64,000 nt of DNA, taken from Desulfurococcales archaeon (GTDB lineage Archaea > Thermoproteota > Thermoprotei_A > Sulfolobales > Desulfurococcaceae). The stretch spans positions 384,001 to 448,000 of the forward strand of contig JALVYU010000031.1 in NCBI GenBank assembly GCA_027022365.1, given 5' to 3'. Shown here in pieces: positions 1 through 10,474 of this stretch; position 1 is the first letter of the stretch, and each line of letters begins with the position of its first letter. A model generated the notes under the pieces. That model was not told where the DNA came from. It did not search any database and worked only from the letters and a program-made list of their open reading frames with translations. A program made the translations under genes and the position numbers.

Positions 1-1
1 G

Positions 2-631
2 ATACAGGAGGGGCTTGACGAGAAGCTTCTCCGGCGAACCATCGCTATACTCGCCATAGTCATAGCTCTCTTCTTCCTCGAAGACGTGTTCAAGTACCCG
101 CCAGCCGTTCCCGCCATGATAGGGGCCGGGCTCCTCATGGTCTTTGTGAGGAAGAAGCTCTTGATAGAAGACATTATGAACTTCATCGACTGGACAACAC
201 TGGTGTTCTTCATGGCCATGTTCATAATAATCCAGGGAGTACAGGGGATGGGGTTGCTTGACTGGATAGCCATGAACATAATGGGCCTCACAACCGCGAA
301 GACAGGCCTTATACTAGTTATTACTTGGGTGAGCGCGTTCCTCTCGGCATTCATAGACAACATACCGTTCGTGATGAGCATGATCCCAGTAATAAAATCG
401 ATAACCACAACACTAGGAATAAACCCCCTGCCACTGTACTGGAGCCTGAGCCTTGGAGGATGCCTGGGAGGAAACGGTACAATGGTCGGAGCATCAGCGA
501 ACATCGTGGTAGTAAGCCTGGCGAGCAAGCTAGGGCACGACATAAGCTTCCGGGAATTCCTAAAGTACGGTATGACTGTCATGACAATAACAGTAGCAAT
601 AGCAACAATATACCTGCTGATAAGATACTAG
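2..631 (+). CDS. ArsB/NhaD (SLC13/IT superfamily) transporter, C-terminal part (5' end outside window)
   Basis: Frame open from base 2; hydrophobic; IDWTTLVFF, SAFIDNIPF and GGNGTMVGASANIV motifs typical of ArsB/NhaD permeases. Confidence 0.85.
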   Translation: MQEGLDEKLLRRTIAILAIVIALFFLEDVFKYPPAVPAMIGAGLLMVFVRKKLLIEDIMNFIDWTTLVFFMAMFIIIQGVQGMGLLDWIAMNIMGLTTAKTGLILVITWVSAFLSAFIDNIPFVMSMIPVIKSITTTLGINPLPLYWSLSLGGCLGGNGTMVGASANIVVVSLASKLGHDISFREFLKYGMTVMTITVAIATIYLLIRY

Positions 632-685
632 ACCACACAGTAATTCACGGCCACGAGACAATATACTGGTTCGAGGTCCTAGCCC

Positions 686-1273
686 ATGTGCTCACTTCCC
701 CCAAGACTCGAAAAAGCACTGAGAATACTCTCTGAGATTCTCTCCGGAATTGGTGCTAGGTGGGTATTAGTCGGGAGCACGGCGAGCTGTTTAAATGGTG
801 TCGAGGTCCAGCCCGAGGACATAGACGTTATCGTTGAGTCTGGCAAGGCCTACGAGGTCGACAGCGTTTTTGCCTCTCGCTTCCGGGTCTTAAGGAGGAT
901 GAAGTATAGCTCTAGCGAGGTATACTCGAGCCACTACGGGGTCTTCGAGATCCAAGGCGTCAAGGTGGAGGTTATGGCAAGCCTCAAAATATGTGGAGAA
1001 CCCGGCTGCCTAGAGGTAGAGTTCGATGAGCTTTACCGCTACTCTAAGAGCCTCAGGATAGAGGATACAGGTCTTAGGGTAGCGCCTTTAGAGTGGCAAT
1101 TAGTAGCTAATACCCTGATCCCGGGGAAGGAGAAACGCGTAGCCAAGATCCTCGAAGCCCTCAATACCAAAGGCGTGAATGTCGAGATCCTAGATAATGT
1201 GCTGGGCAAGGCCCCGCAAAAGACCAGAAAACACGTCATAGAACTCCTAAGAAACACCCACAAGATATACTAG
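686..1273 (+). CDS. Pol-beta superfamily nucleotidyltransferase domain protein
   Basis: VLVGSTA...PEDIDVIV (GS + DxD) and a third acidic residue in VKVEVM. Confidence 0.7.
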   Translation: MCSLPPRLEKALRILSEILSGIGARWVLVGSTASCLNGVEVQPEDIDVIVESGKAYEVDSVFASRFRVLRRMKYSSSEVYSSHYGVFEIQGVKVEVMASLKICGEPGCLEVEFDELYRYSKSLRIEDTGLRVAPLEWQLVANTLIPGKEKRVAKILEALNTKGVNVEILDNVLGKAPQKTRKHVIELLRNTHKIY

Positions 1274-1782
1274 TAAGAATACTTTCCCGCCTGGATAAGC
1301 AGGGCCAAGTTATTGACATTTTATTATTGCTCTACGTATATGGCTATGAGCTACTTAAGCATATCTGCATTGATCTTTTGGAAAACGTTATTGGTATATA
1401 TATCTTCCACCGAAACAGGGTCGCAATCGTATACAGCTATGTATCTACTATATAGTGGCGATAAGTATCCGAAAGGTCTTACAAGGTATTTTACGAGTCC
1501 TCTGGTTAAGTTGTCATTTTATATTAGTTTTGCCGCCCAATAAACACTATGCTCCAAAACATGCTTGCTAATCCATCTGTTGGTTTTGGAATGCTTACCT
1601 AGAATAATGGCTAGTCTTGAAACCGAGTATACTGAATACGGTTCTAGCCCTTCTTCATATATGATTCTCGGAATATCTGCTGAACCAAATGATATGAGAG
1701 CACCCATTGCGAAGGCAAGCTCGGCAAAACCATTGAGTACCGGTGTATAGCCAGTACCCCATTCTAAATGTACTCTTATTAT
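1270..1782 (-). pseudogene. Degraded ORF of unknown function
   Basis: One minus-strand frame reads protein-like (RVHLEWGTGYTPVLNG...WAAKLI*NDNLTRGLVKYLVRPFG...) across several in-frame stops. Confidence 0.35.
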
Positions 1783-1862
1783 TCATTTTGATATCTTATT
1801 CTGGATTTCTATACAGACATTTTTTACTTGGATTATGTATAATTATCTATTGGTGAATTTAC

Positions 1863-4805
1863 GTGGATTATCACATGGTTTTGGGTAGGGTTTTTAAAGA
1901 TATTTTGGCTGAGGAGTGTAGGAAGATTGGTAATAATTGCAGTATTGGCAGCAGTGTTTGCGAGATTTCTCATCCCGATTACTGTATTTCGTGGAATGAG
2001 CTGTTAGGTATTATCAAAAAGCATACTAGTGAAGACCCCTCTATTATTGCTCGAAAGCTTATTGGTGACGGACTAATTATTAGAATTAGCGACGATTGCT
2101 TTCGTTCTATATTTTTTGATTTACTTCTCAGGGCTAGTGATCTTAGGGTTAGACCTAATGATAGAAAGATGGTATTGTCTTCGTCATACAGTGTTCAGAG
2201 CCGTGAGGCACCCTCATATAGTGACCGTGTTATACTTCCCCGCAAAGAGATACGTGACGGTGAAAAATATCACGTGATTTCCAGGAAACTTTATGATACC
2301 ATAGCTAAACTATTACCTAATGACATAGTTGACGTGTTTATTGAGACAATCAGTAAATATTTTTGTAATAGAGGTTCAAGGGGATTTGATGCTTATCAAG
2401 CATACTCTATTTATGAGGCGTTGAATAAGCTTGATACATCGAGGGGTATTCTAATTGTTGCACCGACGGGTTATGGTAAAACCGAGATATTTACGGTAAT
2501 TGTATTAATTGATCTACTAAGAAACTTTAGTTCTGGGTGGAAATACATATTTGTGTATCCGAGGAAAATGCTTGAAATAGACCAGATGAGCAGGCTTGTA
2601 GAGCTTATAAGAATACTTAACCAGAGACTTTCTGGTAGAAAAATAAGGATCTATATCAGAGACGGCGATACAAACGACCTGAAGGACAAATACAATGATG
2701 CAAGACTGGGAGACCATATAAGGTTTCGAGGTATAAAATGCAGCGATAACGGAGAATTATTTATTGTGAAAACATCTACTGGACCGAGAGTTGTCTGTAA
2801 ATCGGGAGATAGAGAGGAAGAATATGATTTCATAATACCCTTCTCTGATCCTAGTACGATGACTAAGAACGCTGATATAATTGTCACTAATCTCGATACA
2901 CTATTCTTCGCGAGCTTCACCAAGCGGGGACACGACATTGATGTAAACGACATAATTAAGACAAGGCTCATAGTATTTGATGAAATACATGAATACGACT
3001 CTGTCAGGCTTGCACAGATTCATTATTGGCTGAAAATATTCTCTGCTCTCCAAGAAAAACTATTCGGTGAAAAAATCGTTGTTCCTATTCTATCCTCAGC
3101 AACAATACCTAATCCTATAAAATTTGCTTCAACACTGATAGGTGTAGATGAAAAAGAAATAATAGATCTTAGATACGATTTTATGCGCAGAAAATACAAA
3201 GACATTAAATTCAGTGGACACAGAGTAAAGATATACCTATTCATACAGACAATGCCATGGGTAAGCTGGGAAACTTACTTATCAGAGCTTTCAGCACTCA
3301 TACTTTACCTCCACAAAATCTACAGTGTAGCTAATCGACCCTATGTCCCCCAATCAATTTTCTTCGTGAACAACATTAGAGAAATAAATAGGCTCAAAAC
3401 AATAACCAGGCAAGCACTATCCCTTGGTTCACCCCTCGATATTCTATGTGTCAGGAAAGTAGAGTGCTCTGTAGAAGATTCACGTATGAAAAGAGATCAT
3501 TGTAGACACTACTACGAATACCTGACGCCTGACAATATCAAGAAGGAAATCAATGAGAGGATACAAGAAGATAGAAAGAGAGCAAACATCCTAGATCTTC
3601 TTATTGAGGGCTTGGATGTAGTATTCAGTAAAATACCTTTGAGTGAACGAGAAGAAATCTACAACAAGCTTAGGAGCAGAGAACTAGGAGTCGTATATGC
3701 AACTACTTCGCTTGAACTTGGAGTAGATTATCCCTACGTATCAATAATAGTGAATGCTGGGTTCGATAAGATAGAAAGCATGATACAGAGAATAGGGCGC
3801 GGAGGCAGAAGTTCTGAAAGTCTATGGACGATGCTCACCATAATACTTGCCAGGAATAATCCCCTAGACTACAGGTTGTTCTCCGACACAATAACCCGTG
3901 AAAAAATAATAAGAGAAGATGTAAGTAGTGAAAGAAAAATCTATATATCAAAGGATCTCTTCCCAGTTAAGACAAACATGTTACTGAAAAGCATTCTAGC
4001 CTATAGTATTATACATAGGAAATCACCCATACTCTACGGTGGAAGAACACTCAATAAACATGAGGTCTTAAAACAGACAATAAATGAAATGATCAATATA
4101 CTTAAAGACACAGGATTCAGGGAATTCGCAATAAGGGAAGCAAGAATAGTTGATGAAAATGAATACGAAGAAGTCAAGAATGGACTAATAAAATTATTAG
4201 AGATAGTAGAGCAACCAAACATTGCCAGACTCATGGAAGAGCTAAGCGTAGAATACGTATCAATAGAAAACATGATCCAGAACCTCTACGGGCTACATAG
4301 TATCCTCAGCGAGCTCAAAAACAATATCGAGGAAAAAATACAGAAGCACATGCGCGTAGAAGATCCTGGCCTCCGGAAAATAAGTAGAGTTGCTGAGTCA
4401 ACCATTAATACTGTGAAAGATTACTTGAATATATTACTGGAATATATTAATGTATTAGAGAAAATTGTCCCCGCGCAAGCCGATGATATAATCTATTATA
4501 GCCGGTTCATAGAGCTATCTGAGATATACGAGTTCGTAAATAATGCTATCAGAAGAGTAGATGAAATAATCAATCTGGACGAGAGAAACCACGTAGAAAG
4601 GGAAACAGTAGTAGCTAAGTTGAGGACTCTATTAAACACTATTATGATGTATGATTCTCAGAAATTATGGAACGACACGAGAATACTCATAGAGAAAATC
4701 CTCAGCGATATAACGAGACCCAAATACCATGTATCATTCATGCCTATTTTGAAAAAACTCGTAGAGCTAAAGAAAGATATCGAGAAAACACTTGGTAGGG
4801 TGTAG
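1863..4805 (+). CDS. SF2 DEAD/DEAH-box helicase, DpdJ/DrmA-like
   Basis: Motif I APTGYGKT, Ia YPRKML.DQ, II DEIH, III SAT, V ATTSLELGVD, VI QRIGRGGR; helical C-terminus. Confidence 0.85.
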   Translation: MDYHMVLGRVFKDILAEECRKIGNNCSIGSSVCEISHPDYCISWNELLGIIKKHTSEDPSIIARKLIGDGLIIRISDDCFRSIFFDLLLRASDLRVRPNDRKMVLSSSYSVQSREAPSYSDRVILPRKEIRDGEKYHVISRKLYDTIAKLLPNDIVDVFIETISKYFCNRGSRGFDAYQAYSIYEALNKLDTSRGILIVAPTGYGKTEIFTVIVLIDLLRNFSSGWKYIFVYPRKMLEIDQMSRLVELIRILNQRLSGRKIRIYIRDGDTNDLKDKYNDARLGDHIRFRGIKCSDNGELFIVKTSTGPRVVCKSGDREEEYDFIIPFSDPSTMTKNADIIVTNLDTLFFASFTKRGHDIDVNDIIKTRLIVFDEIHEYDSVRLAQIHYWLKIFSALQEKLFGEKIVVPILSSATIPNPIKFASTLIGVDEKEIIDLRYDFMRRKYKDIKFSGHRVKIYLFIQTMPWVSWETYLSELSALILYLHKIYSVANRPYVPQSIFFVNNIREINRLKTITRQALSLGSPLDILCVRKVECSVEDSRMKRDHCRHYYEYLTPDNIKKEINERIQEDRKRANILDLLIEGLDVVFSKIPLSEREEIYNKLRSRELGVVYATTSLELGVDYPYVSIIVNAGFDKIESMIQRIGRGGRSSESLWTMLTIILARNNPLDYRLFSDTITREKIIREDVSSERKIYISKDLFPVKTNMLLKSILAYSIIHRKSPILYGGRTLNKHEVLKQTINEMINILKDTGFREFAIREARIVDENEYEEVKNGLIKLLEIVEQPNIARLMEELSVEYVSIENMIQNLYGLHSILSELKNNIEEKIQKHMRVEDPGLRKISRVAESTINTVKDYLNILLEYINVLEKIVPAQADDIIYYSRFIELSEIYEFVNNAIRRVDEIINLDERNHVERETVVAKLRTLLNTIMMYDSQKLWNDTRILIEKILSDITRPKYHVSFMPILKKLVELKKDIEKTLGRV

Positions 4806-4809
4806 TATT

Positions 4810-7215
4810 ATGGTTTTTCCTATAAATCCGCATGATGCCGTCAGAGAGGGAATAAAACTATTAAATTTCATAAATAAGGCTACTGGCTGGGACAAGTTTG
4901 GATCAGAACCGTACATTGATACGATCAAATTACTCTATACTGATAGCAGGGAGGAAGATGAGATCACCTTCTACGATCTCTTCTATAGGCTTCCACCCTT
5001 TGAGCCCATAGCTTATCCGGATACCAGTTATGGTAATGCAAAGTTTACAGGCGATAGACTATGGGTTCTCGATGTAGTAGAGATGATTAATCATGGTAGA
5101 CTAAAAAAGATATGTAGAAGTCTTAAGAGGAGTATGTGTATTCCGTCTAGATGTGATTACAGTATTGAGGGAATTGTACGTGGAGACCGAGTGAAATTAA
5201 CCCATATCATTGTCTTCAGGATAATTGGTGATCTTGATGGAACACTTACCCTCAGATTCATCAAAGATAACAAATACTACATTATACAGTACGGGTTCTC
5301 ACCTGAAACGATCAATGTAATTAAGAGAGATATTTGTAAAGAAATAGGATGCGTTGATGAGAGATTTGTAGACATAATATCTAAGAAATGGAAAGACATT
5401 GAAAAAGCTATAATGCAAAGATATACGCCCAGATACGATATTAACATACTGAACTATATAACCTATTGTTATAATGGAAGATACATAACAACAGACCCTA
5501 TTATACAATATATGGGCGGAAAACACATTAGGTGTCCGCCTTGTCGGAATCAGAGATTTTCGAGGCTTTTCATATGTAAAGATTTTCCTGGTCTAGGCAG
5601 GTTTCACTACAGCCGCAAAATATTCCCTAAAGTATACGTAAACATAGAGCCGGAGATAATATACTCTTTTAACCAGAGAAAATCCCCGCTCACAATAGAT
5701 ATTGCCGACAAAATAAGGATTATTTCACAGGTATCCAGGTTAACCCTATATCTTCCAGGAAACAATATTCTCGAACTAGAGCCTGGTATTAAACCCTACA
5801 CAGACCTTGTCAGAACAAGAGGCCTCATAGTCTACATCGGAAAAGACTTCGTGAAAGCAATTATATCTTACTTACTGGATGTGGACAAGGAATTATTAAG
5901 GATTCTTGCAACCAAGTACATTGTACTTAAAACCAGTATGTTCAGGCTCGGCTCATCGAAATCTGATACGGGAAGAGGAATCCTCGATCACGATCAAAAA
6001 CGCATTGAATTTTATGCCGGTGAAGAACCCATCATAGACCTTGTAAACGATATATTGAAGACGCAAAATATCTTCTCAGAGAGCTTCGTAGACTATGTGG
6101 GATCTGTTTTAATGCATACTATATCACATTTATTATTAATGGAGCTCAGCAGAAGACTCGGAATAGATCCGAATAAGATCTCATACGTCTATGGTGCACA
6201 TATTCTTGGAAATGGAGACAAAGTATACTTTGCAGCCATTGTTGAGAAAGACAAGTATGGAACAATAATGTTCAATAGAGCGATTAGAGAGCTCCTCCAA
6301 GAGCTTGGGGAAGGCGATTATGAGAGAGGCTTTTACAGATTACTGAAAGATATAAATAACTATGTCGCTTCTATTGTGAAGAAATATGAACGCGAATACA
6401 GAGCCTATATAAAGGAAAACGAATGTTCTTTATTATCAAGCGATCTAAACGATCTTGAGAAAAAAGTGCTCGAATTCATTATAGACATTATAGTGGCTAC
6501 GAGGAGATATCTAGAATCTAATAACGTCTATCCTGATTTTTCCATATTTAAACATATCATAGTGTCTTTGCTAAATACTCATAACACAGAGGTATACGGC
6601 CACATCATCAACTGGATCATGTATAAGTTAAAAGGAGAGATAAAGGACAAATATGAGCTACAAGGAATAGTCGAAGACATTATTGAGAGAAAACTCGAAT
6701 CACTGCTACTATGCTACGGTCCCGATTACTGTCTCGATGGTTGTAGCCTAGACATACATTTAGAGAAGGATTGTACAAAAGCTATGACGGAGAATCTTGA
6801 AACAAGTAGGAGGCTATTTGAAGCATTCGCTCGCTTAATAGGAATAAGCGAAGATGTCATTAATTCTCCTGTGAAAGGAATAACTATCTACAGACTCATT
6901 ACGACAGCCAGGAAAAGCTTGTCCATAGAGACTTCGCATACAAATGACCAGGCAATTGACGCCCTAACTAATCTCCTCGAAAAAGGAGTGAGAGTACATA
7001 TCACGATCGATAAGAGAATTATCAAGGAGGTAGAGGATAGACTTAGAAAACTCAAAAACATGTATGGTGATAGATTCACGTACAAAGAGTCGGAAAGGCT
7101 TATGCATTATAAGACATATGTTGTAGATGACACCCTAAGAATAGAGACATCATGGAATTACTCCACTGCATCAAATATTGAGCAGGGAATGATCATTAAA
7201 AATCTCTTGGTTTAG
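4810..7215 (+). CDS. DUF1998/MZB-like domain protein fused to a C-terminal phospholipase D-family nuclease domain
   Basis: HTISHLLL...ISY..., later CLDGC..D.H...C (DUF1998-like); C-terminal HYKTYVVDD (HxKxxxxD) and ETSWN; ATG 4 nt after helicase stop. Confidence 0.75.
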   Translation: MVFPINPHDAVREGIKLLNFINKATGWDKFGSEPYIDTIKLLYTDSREEDEITFYDLFYRLPPFEPIAYPDTSYGNAKFTGDRLWVLDVVEMINHGRLKKICRSLKRSMCIPSRCDYSIEGIVRGDRVKLTHIIVFRIIGDLDGTLTLRFIKDNKYYIIQYGFSPETINVIKRDICKEIGCVDERFVDIISKKWKDIEKAIMQRYTPRYDINILNYITYCYNGRYITTDPIIQYMGGKHIRCPPCRNQRFSRLFICKDFPGLGRFHYSRKIFPKVYVNIEPEIIYSFNQRKSPLTIDIADKIRIISQVSRLTLYLPGNNILELEPGIKPYTDLVRTRGLIVYIGKDFVKAIISYLLDVDKELLRILATKYIVLKTSMFRLGSSKSDTGRGILDHDQKRIEFYAGEEPIIDLVNDILKTQNIFSESFVDYVGSVLMHTISHLLLMELSRRLGIDPNKISYVYGAHILGNGDKVYFAAIVEKDKYGTIMFNRAIRELLQELGEGDYERGFYRLLKDINNYVASIVKKYEREYRAYIKENECSLLSSDLNDLEKKVLEFIIDIIVATRRYLESNNVYPDFSIFKHIIVSLLNTHNTEVYGHIINWIMYKLKGEIKDKYELQGIVEDIIERKLESLLLCYGPDYCLDGCSLDIHLEKDCTKAMTENLETSRRLFEAFARLIGISEDVINSPVKGITIYRLITTARKSLSIETSHTNDQAIDALTNLLEKGVRVHITIDKRIIKEVEDRLRKLKNMYGDRFTYKESERLMHYKTYVVDDTLRIETSWNYSTASNIEQGMIIKNLLV

Positions 7216-7237
7216 ATTTTATAGCGCCCAATGCTTT

Positions 7238-8479
7238 CTAAACAACAATACTACAGCCCTTACGTAAAAGGTCGATGAAATAATATTCTCCCCAGCCAAT
7301 TATTCCGGTTGATAACTTGTTTAAATTTTTCATTTTAACTCCTTGTAAAGGGCTCCATTTTCCCCTGGAGGGCCATATATGTGATTTACCATATTTTAGA
7401 AGCGGCTTTGGAGGAACAAGTCCTATTTTAATAGTATTACCTCTTCTATGTTCCATGAAAATACTTCCCATTAATCTATTAATTGTCTCCAATACTATAT
7501 CTCGTGCATCCTTTTCTTCGATTAATTCTTTCAGGCTAAAACTATTAAAGACTTTCATAAAAATGATACTACACATGCTGACTAAATCGTTTAAATTAAC
7601 AAAGATACCTCCACAAGTTTTCTTATTTATATATAATATGTAATATGATAGTAGCAAGAGGTTTCCAGCAAGAAATAATTTAAACGTGTCATCAGAGAGG
7701 TTAAGTCTATCAATTATAACATTTCTTGTCTTCACTCCATCATAGACGTTTGCAAGTAGATAGACACCATTGTCTACAAGATCATCCGTTAGACAATTTA
7801 TCTCTATACTACCTCTGCGAATATCGATTAATCGAGTTAAGCTGTCGCCTCTTCTTTTAACATAGTAGACTTCGAGGACCCCACTACAAGCGGGGTAAAG
7901 ACCCATAAAGTGTGTTTCTTTTACATTTCCGAAACATTTGTGTATAGTGATTCTCCCTGTTACAAGCCCCAATGATATATCAAGTTCTGGATTCTCGGGA
8001 TCCTTTATGAATGATAATATTCTATTTGATAGAATTAGGTTATTACTATATTCTTTGTAGATTGGAAATCTATGGAGTATTGTTTTCGAGTAAAAATAAT
8101 TCTCGATATATTTTCTCTGCATACTTGTTAATTTTCCTGTATTAAAAGGTTTGAGGGAACCATACGTTAGAAGCCATTTCCTTCTCACGAGTCTCGGAAG
8201 ATCTTTAGGGTATTTTGTCCTATAGTAGGAATGCTTTCTAAGATCTATTCTGCCGGTATAAGATATGCCGATAGTTACATTGTTGATAATATCCTCTAAT
8301 AATATAAGATTATACTTTAGTCGAGTGAATGATGGGTGCTCTGGGTATCGTTGATATAGATTTTTAATAATGGTTTTTCTTCCCAGTATCTCTGATAGTT
8401 TACAGAGTGTTGTCTCTGTATCCTTCAGACGTTCTGCTAGTTTGAACCAGTCTATATAGCACTTATTACTGGAAGACAT
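7238..8479 (-). CDS. Hypothetical protein downstream of the DNA methyltransferase
   Basis: Long ORF in AT-rich island, start 14 nt after MTase stop; no recognised motif. Confidence 0.7.
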   Translation of the reverse strand: MSSSNKCYIDWFKLAERLKDTETTLCKLSEILGRKTIIKNLYQRYPEHPSFTRLKYNLILLEDIINNVTIGISYTGRIDLRKHSYYRTKYPKDLPRLVRRKWLLTYGSLKPFNTGKLTSMQRKYIENYFYSKTILHRFPIYKEYSNNLILSNRILSFIKDPENPELDISLGLVTGRITIHKCFGNVKETHFMGLYPACSGVLEVYYVKRRGDSLTRLIDIRRGSIEINCLTDDLVDNGVYLLANVYDGVKTRNVIIDRLNLSDDTFKLFLAGNLLLLSYYILYINKKTCGGIFVNLNDLVSMCSIIFMKVFNSFSLKELIEEKDARDIVLETINRLMGSIFMEHRRGNTIKIGLVPPKPLLKYGKSHIWPSRGKWSPLQGVKMKNLNKLSTGIIGWGEYYFIDLLRKGCSIVV

Positions 8480-8493
8480 CACTATACAGCCAC

Positions 8494-10347
8494 TTATAGA
8501 TCGAGTATGCATTGTTTCCTTAACAAATGTACTATTCTTTCTACTTGTTTTTCTTCTCTATCCCAGTCTATTCCTTTGTCCACATGTTTTTTCTTTGTAA
8601 TTAAATACTTAGTCTCTCTGAAGTCTTTGATAATATTATCTATTATTTGATCTATTGTGGTTGGCTCATACTTAGCCCTATTGAAGACCATAGCGTATAC
8701 TCCCCTGGTCCTAGATCTTCCAAGTTTTCCGGGGGCTTCTCCTATGAACCAATAAATGTTTACTGGTTTGAGCTTCGTGTATATTATTGTCGCGTTTATG
8801 ATTCGTGGTAATATCTTGGCGTATTTTGTGCTGGAAATACTTATGAGCAATACATAGTAGCTGGGTGTATGTTTCCACCTTGAAAGTACTTTAACGAATT
8901 GCTCATAGAACTCAATATATGCCTCTGGATCAGATAGGTTGTAGGTTTCTTGGCTCCTTGTATCTCCTGACGGCTCATCAACTAGATCTAAGAAGTAATT
9001 GTATAGGAGGGACATATCAATGTATGACTGATACCCTGGATAAGGGGGATCAGTTACTATCGCGTATACTTCTCCGTCATAAATGTATTTCGTGCTGTCT
9101 TGCCTTAGAACCATGTAGTCACCGCTAAAATCTATTTCCTTACCAAAGCATATTTTCTGGATAATTGCGAGTTTCGATGCCAGTGTTCCCCTTCCTATAC
9201 TGTATATTTTTCCATTCCTTAATCTATGTGCAAAGGGGTTCAGCTCTACGGGGTTTTCGGGTAACCAGTAGCTCTTTATTATTAGTCCTGGATTAACCTT
9301 TGCGTATGGTTGGTAATATATCGCTAAAAGAGAACATGTTCTAGCAGTATCTCCCACTATTAAACCAGCTATATCCCTACAGTTTGGTGGTGTTTTCTCT
9401 ATGAATTTTATTAAGGAGATATATTGTCTCCAAGTGAATAGTTTTGAGTACTCATATATGCCTTTATTAATTAATCTCTTTGTCTCCTTCAGCAGAGGTA
9501 TTTTCTGATCATACTTTGAAGCTAGTTCAACATATTTATTCTTAATGCTTTCTTCTTGCATAGCAAGATGCCTTCTAATAATCTCCGATGTCTTGTCACT
9601 ATCGTCTAGTAGGCTATAGAATTTTCTCTCACCACTAGTTGTTAGTATTTCAACAGCATATGCTCTATAGTTATCATGTACTTTGGGGAGTTTATCTGCT
9701 GGTAGATTTATCTTTGGCTCTCTCGGTTTTATTTCACCGTATTTCTTGATCTCTTCTTTATCGATCCATTCAAGCCTACCATTTTCCCTCAGTACAAGAT
9801 ATTTATCTATCCCGTTATTTCTCCTCTTAGATGAGACCCATAATGGTGCGCGGCAAGGTGGACAACGAGAAAGGAATACATGTATTATCTCTCCAATCCC
9901 TGGTATTCTCCAAAGATACCTCGTCTCTCTATATGCCTCCACATATCCTTTTAGGAGACAGGAGTATATGTCGAGGCAACTCGTCTTCCTAGCTAATTTT
10001 AGGGTTGACTTAACTATTAGTTCCGCTGCTCGGTCGATGTCTATGCCTACTATGTTATAGCCTAGTCTTAGTGCTTCGAATACTATTGTCCCTCCACCCA
10101 TGAAGGGGTCCAGGATCCTCTTGCCCCTCGTTGAACCCCAGCATCGATAGGGGTCCTTGAGACATGCCATCATCTCGGAAACTCTTCTCGTCGATAACGA
10201 CGCCAGTAATGCTCTGCTGAGAAGAAAGAATCTTCTACCCCACCACTTAAACACATTGTATGGATTACTACGTCTACCTTTCTCTGCTAGGATAGACCTA
10301 TATGATATTTCGGCAACTATGCTTGGAGGAAGATTCTCTATCAGCAT
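8494..10347 (-). CDS. DUF1156/COG1743-type amino-DNA methyltransferase (probably m6A) with Zn ribbon
   Basis: FKWWGRR N-terminal motif, SAM-binding LDPFMGGGT, CPPC, catalytic IVTDPPY. Confidence 0.85.
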   Translation of the reverse strand: MLIENLPPSIVAEISYRSILAEKGRRSNPYNVFKWWGRRFFLLSRALLASLSTRRVSEMMACLKDPYRCWGSTRGKRILDPFMGGGTIVFEALRLGYNIVGIDIDRAAELIVKSTLKLARKTSCLDIYSCLLKGYVEAYRETRYLWRIPGIGEIIHVFLSRCPPCRAPLWVSSKRRNNGIDKYLVLRENGRLEWIDKEEIKKYGEIKPREPKINLPADKLPKVHDNYRAYAVEILTTSGERKFYSLLDDSDKTSEIIRRHLAMQEESIKNKYVELASKYDQKIPLLKETKRLINKGIYEYSKLFTWRQYISLIKFIEKTPPNCRDIAGLIVGDTARTCSLLAIYYQPYAKVNPGLIIKSYWLPENPVELNPFAHRLRNGKIYSIGRGTLASKLAIIQKICFGKEIDFSGDYMVLRQDSTKYIYDGEVYAIVTDPPYPGYQSYIDMSLLYNYFLDLVDEPSGDTRSQETYNLSDPEAYIEFYEQFVKVLSRWKHTPSYYVLLISISSTKYAKILPRIINATIIYTKLKPVNIYWFIGEAPGKLGRSRTRGVYAMVFNRAKYEPTTIDQIIDNIIKDFRETKYLITKKKHVDKGIDWDREEKQVERIVHLLRKQCILDL

Positions 10348-10474
10348 TAATTATCCCTTTTCCAATCATAAGCCCCGGCTCAAAACCTAATATATGGTAG
10401 TATATTATGTAAGATAATATAAGATAATAATTGTCAACAACTAGTCATGAAAAATACTAAGTCGGTGCATTATT

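Noticed and set aside
1863-4805. Helicase as a stand-alone Cas3
   Set aside because: No HD partner or cas neighbours; coupled to a DUF1998-PLD gene
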